The notes: generated by a model not told the origin, from the letters alone. DNA of 63,400 bases, filler included, from Vannella sp. (GCA_023345925.1; 4 parts of 4 records of this genome joined end to end with filler, not necessarily neighbours in it), one strand, 5' to 3'. Shown: positions 24,725 to 38,900, counted from the first letter of the whole stretch. Translations and numbers: made by a program.

Positions 24725-26069
24725 ATGTCTTCAGTAAGATACTTCCGGAACGTCCTCAAGACAACAGCACGACAAGCTGCCTCGAGAGATTACTGCAACG
24801 GCCCAGAGAGGGTCTTTGAGTCTCCTGGTGCAGCTTTGAGGGTTTTGCGCCATTACTTGGGGCTGGCGGGTGAGGTAAAGCGATTGAAGTTCCTGTTTGA
24901 CTCTCTCACAACCAACAACCTTGCTCACCCCCTCAACGAGGACCACATCCAAGTGATGGACTCGTTAGATGAAGCTTTCTTGGCCCAACTCGACTCTGAC
25001 CTACGGGCAGTCGATTCTGACATTCTACAAAGGAACAATATGTCACTTTACACATATGAGCGCATACAGAATAGGACACGCTCCCTTCTGAGACAACAAG
25101 AGGAGAAGAACCATGTTGGATCCTCTGCCCCGCTCATTCGAGACCTCAGGTGGACCCATTGTAGTGCTGAACTAGCAGAAAACCTAATCAAACGAGATCA
25201 AGCTCGTCCGATGACGCACTTCCTTGAGGTGAAGGCAAGAATGGGTCCTGGAAGGCGTTGCTTCGCTCTGTTCGAGTCCTCTCGAGCTGCAGTAGATCCC
25301 AACACCTTTGTCTGGGTTGCTCTGAAAGACTATGTACCGGATCGTGTGGATCAGGTCATCTCCACCCATGCCCTGTCAGAGTACTCGAAGGAACCAGATC
25401 GATCAGAGGAACAATCCGCTACAACAGCTGTGTTCTACTCCATCAACTCTTCTGGCCGAGGTCCCAAGGGCTCTGGTAACTTGCTTATCAAAGAGGTGTG
25501 CTCTATCTTGCAGGCAGAGCTCCCTAGTAGGTTCTCATTCTTCCCTCAGTTGCAGGATTGACACATTCTCAGACCTGCAAGTGTTTGTGACACTTTCTCC
25601 CATTCCAGGGTTCAGATCATGGCTGTCTAGTCCACAGGCAGCACCTCACATTCAAGACTGCGCCGCAGACATCCAAGATCTTGCCATCAACACCCTCTCC
25701 AACCCTATTCCTTCTCCCACTCTGCCCCTGAGCGACATCTTCCAGCATATTCTCAACTCTTATACATGGGAAAACATCTCACTCATCCCTCCTGCCTTAC
25801 AGAAGCTCCTAGTCCACCTATGCAGCACATTTCTCACAGAAACTGACTCGAATGGGCGCGTACCCGACCCCGTAGCCCACTTCCACCTACGAAACGGAGC
25901 GAGCCTCATGCGAGTGAACCTTCCCAGTGACACAAGCCCCTCAGGGATCCTCCAATCCTTCGGACTTTCAGTCAACTACCTTTACGAACTCTCCCACGTC
26001 TCCCAGAGGTCCAGTTATTACCAAAAGGGCCAAATTCATAATCATTTAGCAGAAAATAGAAAGGAATAA
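24725..26069 (+). CDS. MLYCD: Malonyl-CoA decarboxylase
   Basis: RRCFALF, TAVFYSINS, GNLLIKEV, TLSPIPGF, DPVAHFHLRNGA, SFGLSVNYLY. One intron ~25526-25573. Confidence 0.9.
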
Positions 26070-26115
26070 ACCTGGGACCACTTTTAAAGCCTCCTGCGCA
26101 TCGACACACGCCAGC

Positions 26116-27061
26116 ATGGCGGACTTACACTCAGAGGAGATCTTTGAGATGGTTGATTGGGATCCTGAGAGCTTCGCGATCTCTATGGTAGTGGTGGCGT
26201 TGAGCTTCTTGGGCTGGTGCGCGGTGATGGAGCTTGGGAAACGACTTTCTTTGGGGTTACCCGCTTATCAACGTCTGAACGAAGGACAGAAGCGCGAGTG
26301 GACGTGTCGCATTGTGGCCTTTACACATTCCATCGTTGCTGTGGTCTCCATGACGCACGCGGTTTGGAACTTTCCCTATCCCCAGGGAGGAGGTACGTTC
26401 TACTCAAAGCAGCCCTGTTCCCTTGAAGGGAGCCTCTCTCTCTGACACAGCGTATCAGGAATGCTCTATGGAGACATGTGGGAGATCCGTATTATCGAGT
26501 GCATCTCCTGCGGCTATTTCTTGTGGGACTCAGCCACGATGGTGATCTGGTGGCACTTTCAAGGCACAGACTACTTCCAAGTCGAAGGCCTTATCCACGG
26601 TGTTATGTGCTCTATCGTCTACATCGCCTCCATGGTAAGAACGCCGTCCTCAGTCGGTTCTTCTCTGATCTTGTCGCCAGAGACCCTTTGGGCTGTATCT
26701 GACTGGCCTTCACTTGCTATTTGAATGGTCCACACCCTTCCTACACATACGTTGGTTTCTCATCAAGCATGATCGAAGCAGTCGCTGGTACGCCTTTGCC
26801 AACGACTACCTTTTCGTTCTCGTTTTCTTCTTGTGCCGGGTTGTGATGGGTCCGTTCTACATGTATTGGTACTTCTGTCTTGTGCCTGTGTACTTCTGGA
26901 CACCCTTCCACTTGATAATGGGTCCCAGCATCTTTATTTCCAACTCACTGAACTACTTTTGGTTCTCCGTTATCCTTCGCTCTGCTTTGGTGGCTTCTCC
27001 TGCTCAGAAGAAGGCCAGAAACAAGGCCCATGAAGACAAAGCTTTAAAGAAGACCCAATAA
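26116..27061 (+). CDS. TLC (TRAM/LAG1/CLN8) domain membrane protein, TMEM56/TLCD4-like
   Basis: RIVAFTHS, SCGYFLWD, IHG, LFEWSTPFLHIRWFL, FFLCR, LNYFWF. Two introns. Confidence 0.88.
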
Positions 27062-27194
27062 AGGTCATTATTTCATCCCTGAGCTAACCCAAGTGCCCGT
27101 GTGAGAATGCGACTCGCCGGAAAGGAAGTTTCCTTCGTGCACACGAGGTCGAAGGGGAGGACTGGATGAGTTCGAAGGAGTTGGTTGGCAGGAG

Positions 27195-30100
27195 TTACTT
27201 TTTAGCAAAGAGAGAGAGATCAGTGAATAGGATGGAGGTGTTGGTGGGGAGAAGATGAACTTGTGCACTGTTCTGATGTCCAATTTGGCGCGAAGAAGGT
27301 CGCCAGGTTACTGTGGACTCTCTTGGAGAGAAAAGGGATACTTTTGGAGTTTCTACTACTTTCCAGGTAAGATAACCGCCCTGTTCCAGATGGACAACAG
27401 CCTCCAACACACGAGCAGAAGAGAGAATTGGCATTTGTTTCTCCAAGGTGCGCTGAAAATCCCTCCAGTGAGTTGGAAGGAAGGTTCAGTACGAAGAAAA
27501 TACATACCAAAGTGATACCAGGTGTAGCAATGATCGTTCCTAGAATGCGGCAAAGAGTTCCTCGCAAGAATTGGCGATTCAGAGGACCATCGAACCAAAT
27601 CGATAAAGGCGTTTGGTGTTTGTCCAGAACAAAGAACCAATGGTTAGAGCTGAGGAATCCTCGGACAACATAATAATACACCCCCTCTTTGACGATGGGA
27701 GCGACCAGTTGCATACTTGCCAAGAAAAGAAGCAGAGTCTCCAAGAAAAGGATGAATATCTCTTGGGGTTGTTCTTGTAAAGAGTTTCGGAGATCAGATA
27801 GCTCTATTGGACTATCGTGAGATTGGAAGATAGCTTGGTAGAGTTGCTGAGAAGTCAAGCCTTCTAGTTTGGCAGCATATAAGAGTTGAAGGATGTGTTT
27901 TGCGTGCTCTTCTTTGGCTTCGGGGAAAAGGGTGGAGAAGAGTGGCCCTGCTCCTCTCATGTAACCGGCCAATCGCTCTTCCAAGTAGCCAAGAGACGGC
28001 CCTGGGCTTGACTGAAGGGCCGGAGTCAGAGGCTGTCCCCAGTCAGACGGGACAGGCTCCACTTCTCCCAATCTCGGAACCTTCTGTGGAGGAGGATGTA
28101 CTTCAACCTGCTCCACTCGAGGTTCATTTGGAACTTCAAGGCGCTTGCCTAGAATGGACGAAATCACTGCCATTGGGATTGCAGATTCGACATCTGCAAA
28201 TTCCCTTGGCTCCTCCACGTTATCTGAATCTTCGGGTTCTTCTTGTGTGTCTTCTATCTGAGGCTCCGAGATCGCACTTGAGCTAGCGGTTGTAGAGGCT
28301 GATGGAGTAGACTGCACAGAGGGGTCCAAATTTTGGAGTTTAAGATCTGGGGTACGAATGAGATTCAGGTGAGGCAGTTCTGAGGGAGATGCATCCCATT
28401 GGGATCGTAACTGTAGAGGAGTGGAAGTGAATGTGCAGGAAGGGACATAATGAGATTCTGAGTTACTAGACTGGAAGGTCTTTCTTGGACCTTCAAGAGG
28501 GAAAATTTCGATCTCTATTTGACCTGTGGAAGCTAGCCCAAATAGAGCAGCCACAGTAGGGCCAGATAAAAGAGGATCAATCTGGACTTCGTGTCCCACA
28601 CCATCTACTTCCAGCGAAAGGAGAACCTGCTTAGCAGCTTGAGTGAAAAGGAAGAACTTTGGAGAGAAGCTCCTGCAATAGTATGCAGCATGAAGGATGC
28701 GTGCATACTTCTCTTCCAGATCCTCTTCACCATCTTGGAAGTAGAATCGCTCAAAGGCGTGAGTGCGAGGCGGAACCACGTCAGAAAGGCGAGCCCTTTT
28801 GGTGCCTATTGCCTCTTGCCGGATGAAAGCATCCAGAATTGGTACAATCCATTTGGGGTCGAGATTTGCAAGTGCGTTGTGGATCTGATTGGATCGGAAC
28901 GTTCTCCCAGCAATAACTTGCTGGATCATTTCAGAAACCAGGGCGCTATCTGTTCCTTCCGGGCCCTCCTTTGGCTGATTATCCACTTCAAAGTAAGTAT
29001 AGCGAACGTCAAAATTGTCTTGTAGCTCTTGGTAAGTTGCAGGCAAGTAGAAACTGATTTCTTTCTGCGCAGAGACGATGTCATAGAGCTGAATGGACAC
29101 TCCCATTCGGTGATGAGATAAGAGCAGGAGATTTCTGATGCGCTTTTGAAGGATTTGGTTGCTCCGTACGGATCCCTGGCCAACATCAGCCCAGAAGAGA
29201 GTATCTTGAGAGGCTGGAGGTTCGATAACGTTCTTAATGGACGGGTCGGAATGGTTGTATCGGCGAACTAATTGTGCTATATACCGCTGAAGGAGCTCTT
29301 GGTCACTGATGTATCGATTAACCTTCTTTGGCGGAGCCGAATAAAAAGGCCCAAATTGGCCTCTGGCTGAGAGCGGGTCAAGCTCGTGGTCTGTCTGGTA
29401 TTCTTCTGGTGAGGGGAAGACAAAAGTGGAACGTATCGTTGGAACTGGCTCAAAATTGTCACGGCTGGCTCGAACTTTCCTTTGCTTGATTCCTGGGGGT
29501 TTGAGGATGCTGCTTCTCCTCTTGGGTGGCATTTGGCCAAGGAGTGTCCCCATGGGAGATTCGGCAACTGCCCAAAAGTAATGGTAAATGAATTGGGGAG
29601 CTAAATCCAGTCTCCGAGAGAGTTTGAGCATTTCTGAATAGCATTTTGGCTTGCCTTCGTCTTCAAGCTTCTTTCGTTGAGAATCGTCAACCTTCAACAA
29701 AGATACTGCCCAGCAGCTTCCCCTTAAAGATTGAGGTACCTTTCTTGCATCTAACACAGTGCTCGAGGACTCTCCTGATCTACTTTGGCCCTCAGGACCA
29801 GGAGGGACATCCTCAGGTAGTTCTTGTTCCTCATTGTCTGCTTCTGCAGTGAATTGGGTGGTACAGATCTTCTTAAAGTCAATCCAAAAATTGTTGATAG
29901 CCACTATCGAGGTTAGTTCAACCTCAATCAAGCTAACTGGAGGGTTTTCGCGGAGGTCGAGTATCTGCAGACGAGGCTGAAGTATTCTGAGCAAAGGAGT
30001 CTTCCCAAAGCTGTTAGGAGTGGAGTCGTATCTTAAGAGCTTCAACTTGACCATTAGATCCAGAAGATTCTGCAAGCGAGTGGCGTAGAAACGCCGACAA

Positions 30101-32638
30101 AAGAGCGCTTTTCGGACATCTGAGGGCAGATCGCGGATAAGGGCGTCAGGTTGGTCATACAGTCCAGGCACTTCCCGGTGAGTTCCAATAGTGGCAAGAT
30201 AAACTCCTAATTCCATGTCCAAGACGATGTTAGAGAGTGTGAAGCAAAGCAAGGATTGGTCCGTTGGATCGCTCTGTTTCCCTGCTGCAGCGTCTTCAGC
30301 TCTCCTCTCGAATACTTTTCCCCAAAGGAAAGTGTGGAGGAGCCGGGCTCGCAAGAGAGGAGGACGGAGAAAACCGTTGCGGATGAGAGTAACAATTGAA
30401 CCATTGCTTTTGGAAGGCCGGTCAAAGCGAATAGAGGTTCCAACTTGCGCTGTTTCGTTCAGGACACGGGGTGTAACTTTTGGAGTTGGCAATGTCCTGT
30501 AAACCACATTGGAATCCCGAATTGAACTGCAATATGAATCATAGACCTCTCCTTCCAGCTTAAAAGAAGATAGCATAGCTGCTTTGGACTCCTTTAGCTC
30601 GGAGTCAATTCCAACCACAGAAATGGTCAACAGTTTCAAGAACCCTTCTTTTTCCAGGTCGCTCACCAGTTTCTTGATAGTTCGCACGTCTAACGCGCTG
30701 ACCATTTCTATACCAATGTCTAATTCTTTCTTTCGTAAGAAATGTCGGATAGAGGAGTATTGGACTATTTGGCGTTCCGAGATAAGTTCTCGGAGCCACT
30801 GCTGGCGCCTGGCACGTTGGAGAGTGATGACTTTCTGTTTTGAAGGCTGCTTTGAGCTAGCTAAAGGGGATTTGGTAGGTGGGGGAGACGGTAGTTCAAC
30901 GATCTTCTCCATTGGAATGGTTGTTGGAGTGTCTATCGACGCAGAAGGCGCCTCGTTGGATCCTGCTTGAGAGACCAAATCTGTTTGAGGCAAAGCAGGG
31001 GGACCATCTACGACTAGACGGTGATTTTGCGCGTTCTTGAAATGGGCTGCTGTGAAGAGGGTGATGGCCACCTGCTTCCCAACGTGTTCTGCCACACTCA
31101 CCACGCCAAATCGGTTGGTAAGATGAGTAGTTTGCTTGGAGAGAAACTTGCGTGGGAGCCCAGTGATGTTAACAAGGTCCGGCTGCGAGATTCCTCGTTC
31201 TTCAGCTTGGTCAACCAGGAGATAAAGGTAACGGAGAACGTCCATTCCCAAAGGTATTTGAGAACACGAATCGTCATTCTCCTCCTCTTCTTCTCCTCCC
31301 TTTTCCGTGTCTTCCTTGACGAGAATTTCTCCCTCCTCATCGAGGAGGCCTTTTTGAAACTGGATGCATGGGACCTGGCGCCCCTTAATGAGAGCCTTGA
31401 TAAGTGAAATCGAACCGTTATCCGCCAGCTTGCGGATAAAGCCACCCCACCGAAAGGATGGATTGTCCCCTTTCCCGTTAATTCGTCGGTAATAGAGGCT
31501 CACTTCCTTCTCAACTAGAATCCCGTTACTACTTTGGGCTAGGAGAGAGCAGATGGAGTACTGCAGAGGTGCCTGGAAGACGAGAGCCGTATTTCCCAAA
31601 TCAGGGTGGAAGTTACCAGGATGTTGGAGCTGGGCAACGCTGGGTCCCATGTTCAGAATCCAAACCATTTGAGTAAAAGTATGTCGACCTGTTGATGAGG
31701 TGGGAGCCATCAGTGCATGCCGATCGAAAGTGCTTGCAAAGATCAATCGGCGCATATTATGAGCTAACTTGCCTTTGCCCAGCGAGTGAAAGTCACTCTG
31801 CAGGACGCCAGCTCTTCCTTTCTTTGCAATGGACTCGAGCAGAGCGTATTGGATATCAGAGAAGCGCCCAGGTTGAGAGAAAGTCCGAACTGTTTTTGTG
31901 CGATACTTTCGCAGGCGCTCTCCTGTTGAGAAGGATTCAGCAGAGGCTTCAGGCTTCTCCTCTTCTTCTCCTGCCCCGTTACCTATTTGGGATCCTCTAG
32001 GAGGGTCGGGATCTGGGTGATTTTGAAGGACCTCCTCCGTATTCAGTTGAGAAGGAGCGACAATCTGATACTGCGGCACCTTCCAGAAGTGACCCCCTCC
32101 ACACATTCCTATTGTACGATGGCGGATAACCTGATTGGCTACCAGAACGTAGCGTTCTCCAAAGGACTCCACTTCTGCCACCTGCTGCATAGCGAGAGCT
32201 ATCTGCTGCTGTGAGCTACCTCCATGCATTTCGAAGGCACTGATGTATCGCTGATACACATCCACTTTCTTCCAGCCACTCTGGCGCCGTCCAAGTGCAC
32301 CCCAAAGGCCTGCACCAGTCACCAGTGAGCGTGCAGTCTCCTCCTCCACAGATCGACTTACCTTCTGAGTCATTCTCTTGCCGAACAACTGTAGCGAGGT
32401 CCAGTAGAGAAGTGTCACCCACGTCTTGTTGGGTTTCAAAGTGTTCCAAGAAAGAAGCACTTCGGAGCAGTTCCAGCCAAAGGGCGCCCTTCACAAACTC
32501 ATCCAAAGGACCTCCCACCATCTCCTCCCGTCGCAAGTGCATCTCCCTCTCCAAAAAGCTCCAAAACCTCCCCAACGAGAAGCCCTCCAGTCCTCCCAGT
32601 CCCACCACACGAAGCGCCAATCGCGTAAGTTCGTCCAT
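27195..32638 (-). CDS. GTF3C1: TFIIIC B-box-binding subunit (GTF3C1/Tfc3-like)
   Basis: N-terminus MDELTRLALRVVGLGGLEG..LGRFWSFL, LVANQ..R, QYALLESIAKKGRAGVLQSD (B-block domain), tandem winged-helix-like segments. Introns 32361-32310 and ~27509-27455. Confidence 0.8.
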
Positions 32639-32765
32639 CGCCAGCCGAGAGGAAGAGGACCCGATAAAATGACCCCAAATGAATAGGCTTCTAATTAAGC
32701 CATTTATTACTGCTGGAAGGGCCATTTTCTCTTAGCCTGGGGGAAAGTGGGTCGCTCTTGGGACG

Positions 32766-33364
32766 ATGGCTTCCTCAGGAGAGTGTGAGGCTTTGTGGAG
32801 GATTCTGGAGCGACTGGATGATCAAATGACGCTTTGGTCTTCTCTGCATCGGTTGGGGGAGGAGTATCTCTCGGCTTTGGTGTCGTGCCAGATCCGAGCG
32901 CGGGATACTTCGCCTTTGGGGTCCTCGGCCCTGATGGCGAATGCTTCTCTTCTCCTTAGTATGCAACACCAGAAGACATTGCAGGTTCTCTTCAAACCCT
33001 TCCAATCAACCCTTGTTAAGTGCCACCGCTGTCAACAAGCTATGGAGAGTCTTCTTCAAGAAGGGCGGCTTCTGCTCTCTAGAGACCCTCACAGCACCTC
33101 ATTCAAAGATGCTACCGCCAGTCACTACAGCAACCTTCTTCACCAGATCACTGCGGCCTATCGAACAGAGTGAGCGCCCCACACTCATCTCCCCCCTTCC
33201 CCTTGCAACCCCTCATCCCTCTCAGACTTGCCCGCCTCCTCTCCCTCTCCGAAACCCTCTCTCAAACCCACACAGAAGACGCCTGGCAACAAGTCCTCAT
33301 CGACTTCTCCTCGAAAGAGTCGATCATCTCCGTCGAGTCCCTCCTCGCCAAAGAAGGGTTTTAA
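32766..33364 (+). CDS. Hypothetical helical protein (possibly C1orf109/AIRIM-like)
   Basis: Two exons (intron ~33170-33224) giving ~180 aa. Family resemblance is weak and by eye only. Confidence 0.5.
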
Positions 33365-33468
33365 ATATGTTATCAAAGCTCTTGGCGTATTTAGTGATGG
33401 CTGGGTCACTTTCCCTCTTCCCATTGGTCTGGGTCTCGTCTTTCGGTTGGTAGCAAGAAGGATCGGAT

Positions 33469-35187
33469 ATGGACATTGGACACACTACGGGGAGGGCGAG
33501 GAAGCTTCCTATTAAGAAGCTACCACGGAAGGCTGATCGGACTACAGCAGAACAGCGTTATTGGCAAACCTTTAAGGTGGGTGGGGTTGGGTGGTCTTTG
33601 GTGGCGTTGGATTGGCTTGATCTCACCAAGGAGTAGCATCCTATTGTACACAAGTATGGATCAGGTGTCACTGCGGTGAGCTTTGCAGAGGCGGAGCCTT
33701 TTGACTTTGCAGTGGCCACAGGACCTTCCGTGTGCCTCTTTAGCTCCCACAAGAACGAGATCAGAAAGACTATCACCCAGTTCAGAGCGACTGTTCGTTT
33801 CGTGACGTACAGGCCCGATAGCAAGCTGATGGTCGCAGGAGGAGACGATAAGAAGATTCAAGTCTTCAATGCCTCTTCCAAAGCGATCCTCCGCCAGTTC
33901 CGCGATCACAAGGATACAGTACAAGATGCTTGCTTCTTTGGGGATGGCTTTACACAGGTTGTAAGCGTCTCTGATGATAAGACAGTCCGTCTCTTCGATA
34001 TCCCCGGCGAGGCTTTGGTCCACACCTTCGTTGGGCACACGGTAGGGATTCTCACCACACATGGTCGTTCCCGGGGCTTACATCATGATAGGATTACGTC
34101 CGCTGCGTCCGCAAGTCGACTTCTTCACCGCATGTGGTCGCGACCGCCAGCTACGATCACACTGTGAAGCTGTGGGATGTCAGAGCACGTGAAGCCATTG
34201 CGTCGTTCGAACACGAGCACCCAGTGGAGAAGCTAGAGTTCTTCCCTTCGGGTGTAGCACTCGTGGCTGCGGTGGGATCGGGTTTGATCATCCGTGATGT
34301 GATGACTGGAAAGGAGATCGCCAGTTTCGCGAACCATCAGAAGACGACAACATCACTGTGCTTTGATGGGACAGGAGAGAGACTCTTCTCGGCCTCTCTC
34401 GATCACCAAGTGAAGGTATACGATCTGGAGAAGTTCCAAGTGTCCCATAGCATCAAGTACGATGCTCCTGTCCTCGATCTGGCCATTTCCAAAGAGAATA
34501 CGCATCTCGTTGTGGGTATGAGTGATGGAACACTGTCTATTCGCCGTCGGGAGAACAAAGTGGACGAGGACGAGGTTATTGAGCCTGAGAAGGCCTCCCG
34601 CTTCTTCTCTGGAACTCCCCGGCACTTCCAGTTCGAACCAACACAAGCTGACTTTACTGTTGCGCGCCAGAGCGAAAGGAGACTGAAGGACTACGAACAT
34701 CTTCTTCGCAAGTTCCAGTACAAGGAAGCCCTTGACCTGGTGTTGTCCAAGAACGACCCCCTGCTAGTAATCAGTGTCTTTGAAGAGCTCATTATCCGCC
34801 AGTCTCTGCAAGTGGCTCTAGCAGGGCGGAACAGCCAAGAATTGCAGCCAATCTTGCAGTTCCTTCATCGTTATGTGCTCAACCCACGCTACAACACGCA
34901 TCTCTTCATGGTGTTCCACATTGTCTTGGGTAAGGAGTCCCTGAGGAGGTTGAAATCACTTCTCACCAAAACTTCCAGACTTGTACGCGGCCGTGTTGGG
35001 CAGAGCACCTTTAGTGGATGAGCTGATCATGCGCATCCATCTTAAGATTGAGAAGGAAGTTAAACTTCAACAGCAAATGTTCGAATTGGCTGGCACACTT
35101 GAACTGGTACGGACTCATTCCCTTTCATCATTCTGGGAACTCACTTTGAAGAAGATAATGAATATCAAGAGCCTCCATTCTCAATAA
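33469..35187 (+). CDS. UTP15: U3 snoRNP WD40 protein UTP15
   Basis: AEQRYWQTFK, WD40 repeats (TASYDHTVKLWD, NHQKT, SASLDHQVKVYD), C-terminal LRKFQYKEALD..ALAGR..EL.PIL. Four introns. Confidence 0.9.
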
Positions 35188-35916
35188 GACCAGCTTTGAT
35201 CAACAGCAATTAAATAATTGGGTCTTTTGCTATGCTGAATGATTAGGAACCATTGCCAGACAGCCGTAGATCCGATGTAACTCTTGGAGAACGCGCGGTG
35301 TATTCTCAGAAGACATTTGAACAGTTTACTGAGGTAGCAGACGACTCGGTGGCGAGGAGGTTAGCAATGAGTCCAGGGTACTCCATGCTGCGTTTTCCTT
35401 CGGTTTACCCAGTAGCTTAGCACTTTACTCGAGTGAATTTGAGCTAGCCATGGTTGAGAGCTTTTTGGGAGGAGCGATGAAACTGAAGATAACTTCGAGT
35501 GAACGGTGATGGAGGCAAAGTGTTGATTGATTGATTGTTGGAGAATACAACTTGAGGGAACGAAAACTTGGGTGAGACCATTTGACTCTTCTTCAAACAA
35601 ACATTTTTGCGGGCCATCATCAGGAGAGGAAGCAAGCATCTCTACGACTCGAGAACTGCGTGGAATTGACTCCCTCAAAGATGACATCGACAAATGCAGC
35701 TTCCGAAAAGAGCTCTCGTAGTCATCAACAATCTTGAAGGACAATGTCCTCTTCCCTATCTGAGCACCAACAGTTCAATATTGATAGAAAGGACACTTCT
35801 CATGAACCTTTTCCATGCGTGATGAATCGCTTGAGAGTATTATGTGAAATTGCCTTTATGCAAGGAATGGAGGGAGGAAGTTGAGATGATGACTGGGTCC
35901 GTCTTGGAGCTCGGGT

Positions 35917-38900
35917 TCATTGCTTTTGTTCCTTGAAGTTCTGAACTATTCTCGAAGTTTGATTCAGTCTTGCGTTGAAACGGTGCTTCGCCAAGCGGTG
36001 CCGAATTTCGATGGCTATCACGCCAAAGGCAACGACCACAATGGCTGTCACTACCATCGCCAGCGACAACCATTGCAAAGTGTAGTTCTGATGCTGTGAG
36101 AGGCAGGGATTCCCGTTCCCTTTGCTCGAGCCGAGTAAAAGCAGGGCAAAGTTGGTCAAGTGGCTGGTTTGACCACAAAGAAGGTTGCTGTCTTTACCCA
36201 TGTTGGTGAGACACTCGTCCTCGCATGACCATTTGCCCTTTTTGTCGTCGTAATAGCTCAAACACATCTTTTGGCCCTTCTTAGTGGTGTTGGACAGCGC
36301 CAAGCAGATGGTCAAGGGGGCTTCCAACTGGGTGATTAAGCCTCCCTGGAGGTCCACCAGGGTGATATCCAGGATGGTACTGCTCAGTTGCTGCTGAGAG
36401 GATAGGGTCCCGTTGGAAGGAACGCTGCTGACAAAGGAGATGGTGAGCGTCGTGTTGGGCTGGCTGCTCAAGGTTACAGGGACAAAGAGGCTTCCAATTT
36501 CTGCTCCTTCAGATGACCTCGGCAGAATCACCAGCCTATCATCATCGACATTAGTGTTGGAGTTGGAGTTGAGAATGAGTTGGATAGGAGGAATGGCAGA
36601 TGGGAACACTGACGAAGAAGCGGACACATTGAGAATACCACTTTCTGAGATGGAAGCAGTGAAACCCCCAAGAGCGCTAGGAGAGGGTTCTGGAGTGGAA
36701 TCTGACGGGTTCTGAGAAGAAGTTGGCGTTTCTGAAGCCAGGAAGAGGACGCTTGGCGGCGCTGTATAACTCTGAGCTGGAGGCAAAACAGAGGAGCTGG
36801 AGCTTTCAGTCGCTTGTTGAACCAGGCTGAAGCTCCTAGAAGGCGTCTCAGTGTTTGGTGGCAACACGCTTGCGAGAGAACTTCCAAATCGAGAAGGGCT
36901 CTCACTGGCGAGAGAAGTTCTTGTTTCACTTTGGAGGCTACTGGAAGATGGAGATTCACTACTACTTTGACTTGATGCTTCGATGACGGTTGAGGTCGCA
37001 CTTGCGCTTCCAGTCCCACTTGCGCTTGGAGGAGTTTTGCTGACACTCTTAGCTTGGCTTAAAGTCTCACTCAGTGTCCCACTCTCGGTGGGCGTTTGAG
37101 TCCTGCTTTCACTGAAAGTATACTTCGGGGTGGCAGTTATGGAATCGCTTTCAGTTGGACTTGCACTATGATTCATAGTAGGAGTAGAACCCAGATTTCG
37201 AGTAGCGGTGAAAGAAGGCGTGTCACTTGGAGATGCAGTAGGAGAGGTGCTTAAGCTTGAGGCAAAAGGCGTGGTTGGATTATTACTCCATTTTACTGTC
37301 GAAGTTGCGCTTTCACTTTGAGTGTACGAGGGGGTTCCACTTTCAATCCTAGTAACTGTTGAAGTGGTACTTTCACTTGGAGAGTAAGAGAGGGTTCCAC
37401 TTTCAGTTGAAGTCGCACTGGAAGAAGGAGTTTCACTGCCTTTTAAAGTCACGCTTGGATCAATGGATGGAGCGAAACTGGCACTTGTTGTCTCGCTAAC
37501 ACTTGGAGTCTCGCTTCGAATTGCTGCTGAGGTTGGGCTTTCACTTGGAGAGTAAGAGAGGGTTCCACTTTCACTTGAAGTCACACTGGAAGAAGGCGTT
37601 TCACTGCCTGTTGAAGTCACGCTTGGACTACCGGTTGGAGTACAACTGGCACTTGTTGTCTCGCTTCTGGTTACTATTGAGGTTGCACTTCTACTTTCGT
37701 TTGGAGTTGCACTGGAAGAAGGAGTTTCGCTATCCGTTGAAGTCGCACTAGGACTTACGGTTGAGGCGGAACTTGCACTTGTTATTCTGCTGGCGGTTGG
37801 AGTCTCACTTCGAGTAAGGGATGAAGTTTCACTTTCGCTTGCAGAGGGAGTTCCACTTTCGTTTGAGGTCGGAACGGGAGAAGGAGTTGCGCTGCCTGTT
37901 GAAGTCACGCTTGGACTCGCGGTTGAAGCAGTTTGAGGATTACTCGCCATTACAGTAGCAGTAACACTCTCGGTGGCAGTTGCACTGAAACTTTGAGAAC
38001 TACTGATGAGAGAAGTCTCACCTCCTGCTGAACTCGCACTTTCACTGGCACTTTGAGTGGTGCTGATAGAAGCAATTGTAGTTTCACTTGCACTTGAAGT
38101 CGCGCTGGATGAGCAGGTCTGACTTGTAGTGAGAGTCACACTGTAAGAAGATGTCAAACTTGCTGCAGGAGTCCCACTTTGTGCCGGAGTTACACTGGAT
38201 GAGGCTGTTGGACTTGCTATTGGAGTCCCACTCTCTGTCAGTGTTACGCTGGTACTCGGAGTCACACTAGATGAGGCTGTTAGACTCGCTATTGGAGTCA
38301 CGCTTTCTGTCAGTGTTACGCTGGTGCTTGGGGTCTCACTGGATGAGGCCGTTAGACTTGCTGTTGCAGTCACGCTTTCCGTCAGTGTTGTGCTGGTACT
38401 CGGAGTCACACTGGGAGAGGCCGTTAGACTGGCTGTTGGAGTCACACTTTCTGTCAGTGTTACGCTGGCACTCGAAGTCACACTGGATGAGGCTGATAGA
38501 CTTGCTGTTGGAGTCCCACTTTCTGTCACGCTGGTACTCGGAGTCACACTGGGAGAGGCCGTTAGACTGGCTGCTGGAGTCACACTTTCTGTCACGGTTA
38601 TGCTGGCACTCGGAGTCACACTGGATGAGGCTGTTAGACTTGCTGTTGGAGTCCCACTTTCTGTCACGGTTATGCTGGTACTCCGGGTCACACTGGATGA
38701 TGCTGTTGGACTTGCTGTTGGCGTCACGCTTTCTGTCAGTGTTACACTGGTACTCGGAGTTACAGTGGACGAGGCCGTTAGACTTGCTATTGGAGACCCA
38801 CTTTGTGTCGGTGTCACGCTGGCGGAAATAGTACCACTTTCAGTTTCACTTGGCGTTGTGCTAGGGCTCGCTTCTGGACTTGCACTTGCTGTAGAGGAGG

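Noticed and set aside
27220..32725. Apparent frameshifts at both ends of the 1746-aa ORF
   Set aside because: Explained by ordinary introns (32361-32310 and ~27509-27455).
38160..38815. Regular repeat array considered as CRISPR
   Set aside because: Units are contiguous, in-frame coding repeats with no unique spacers, there are no cas genes, and the context is eukaryotic.
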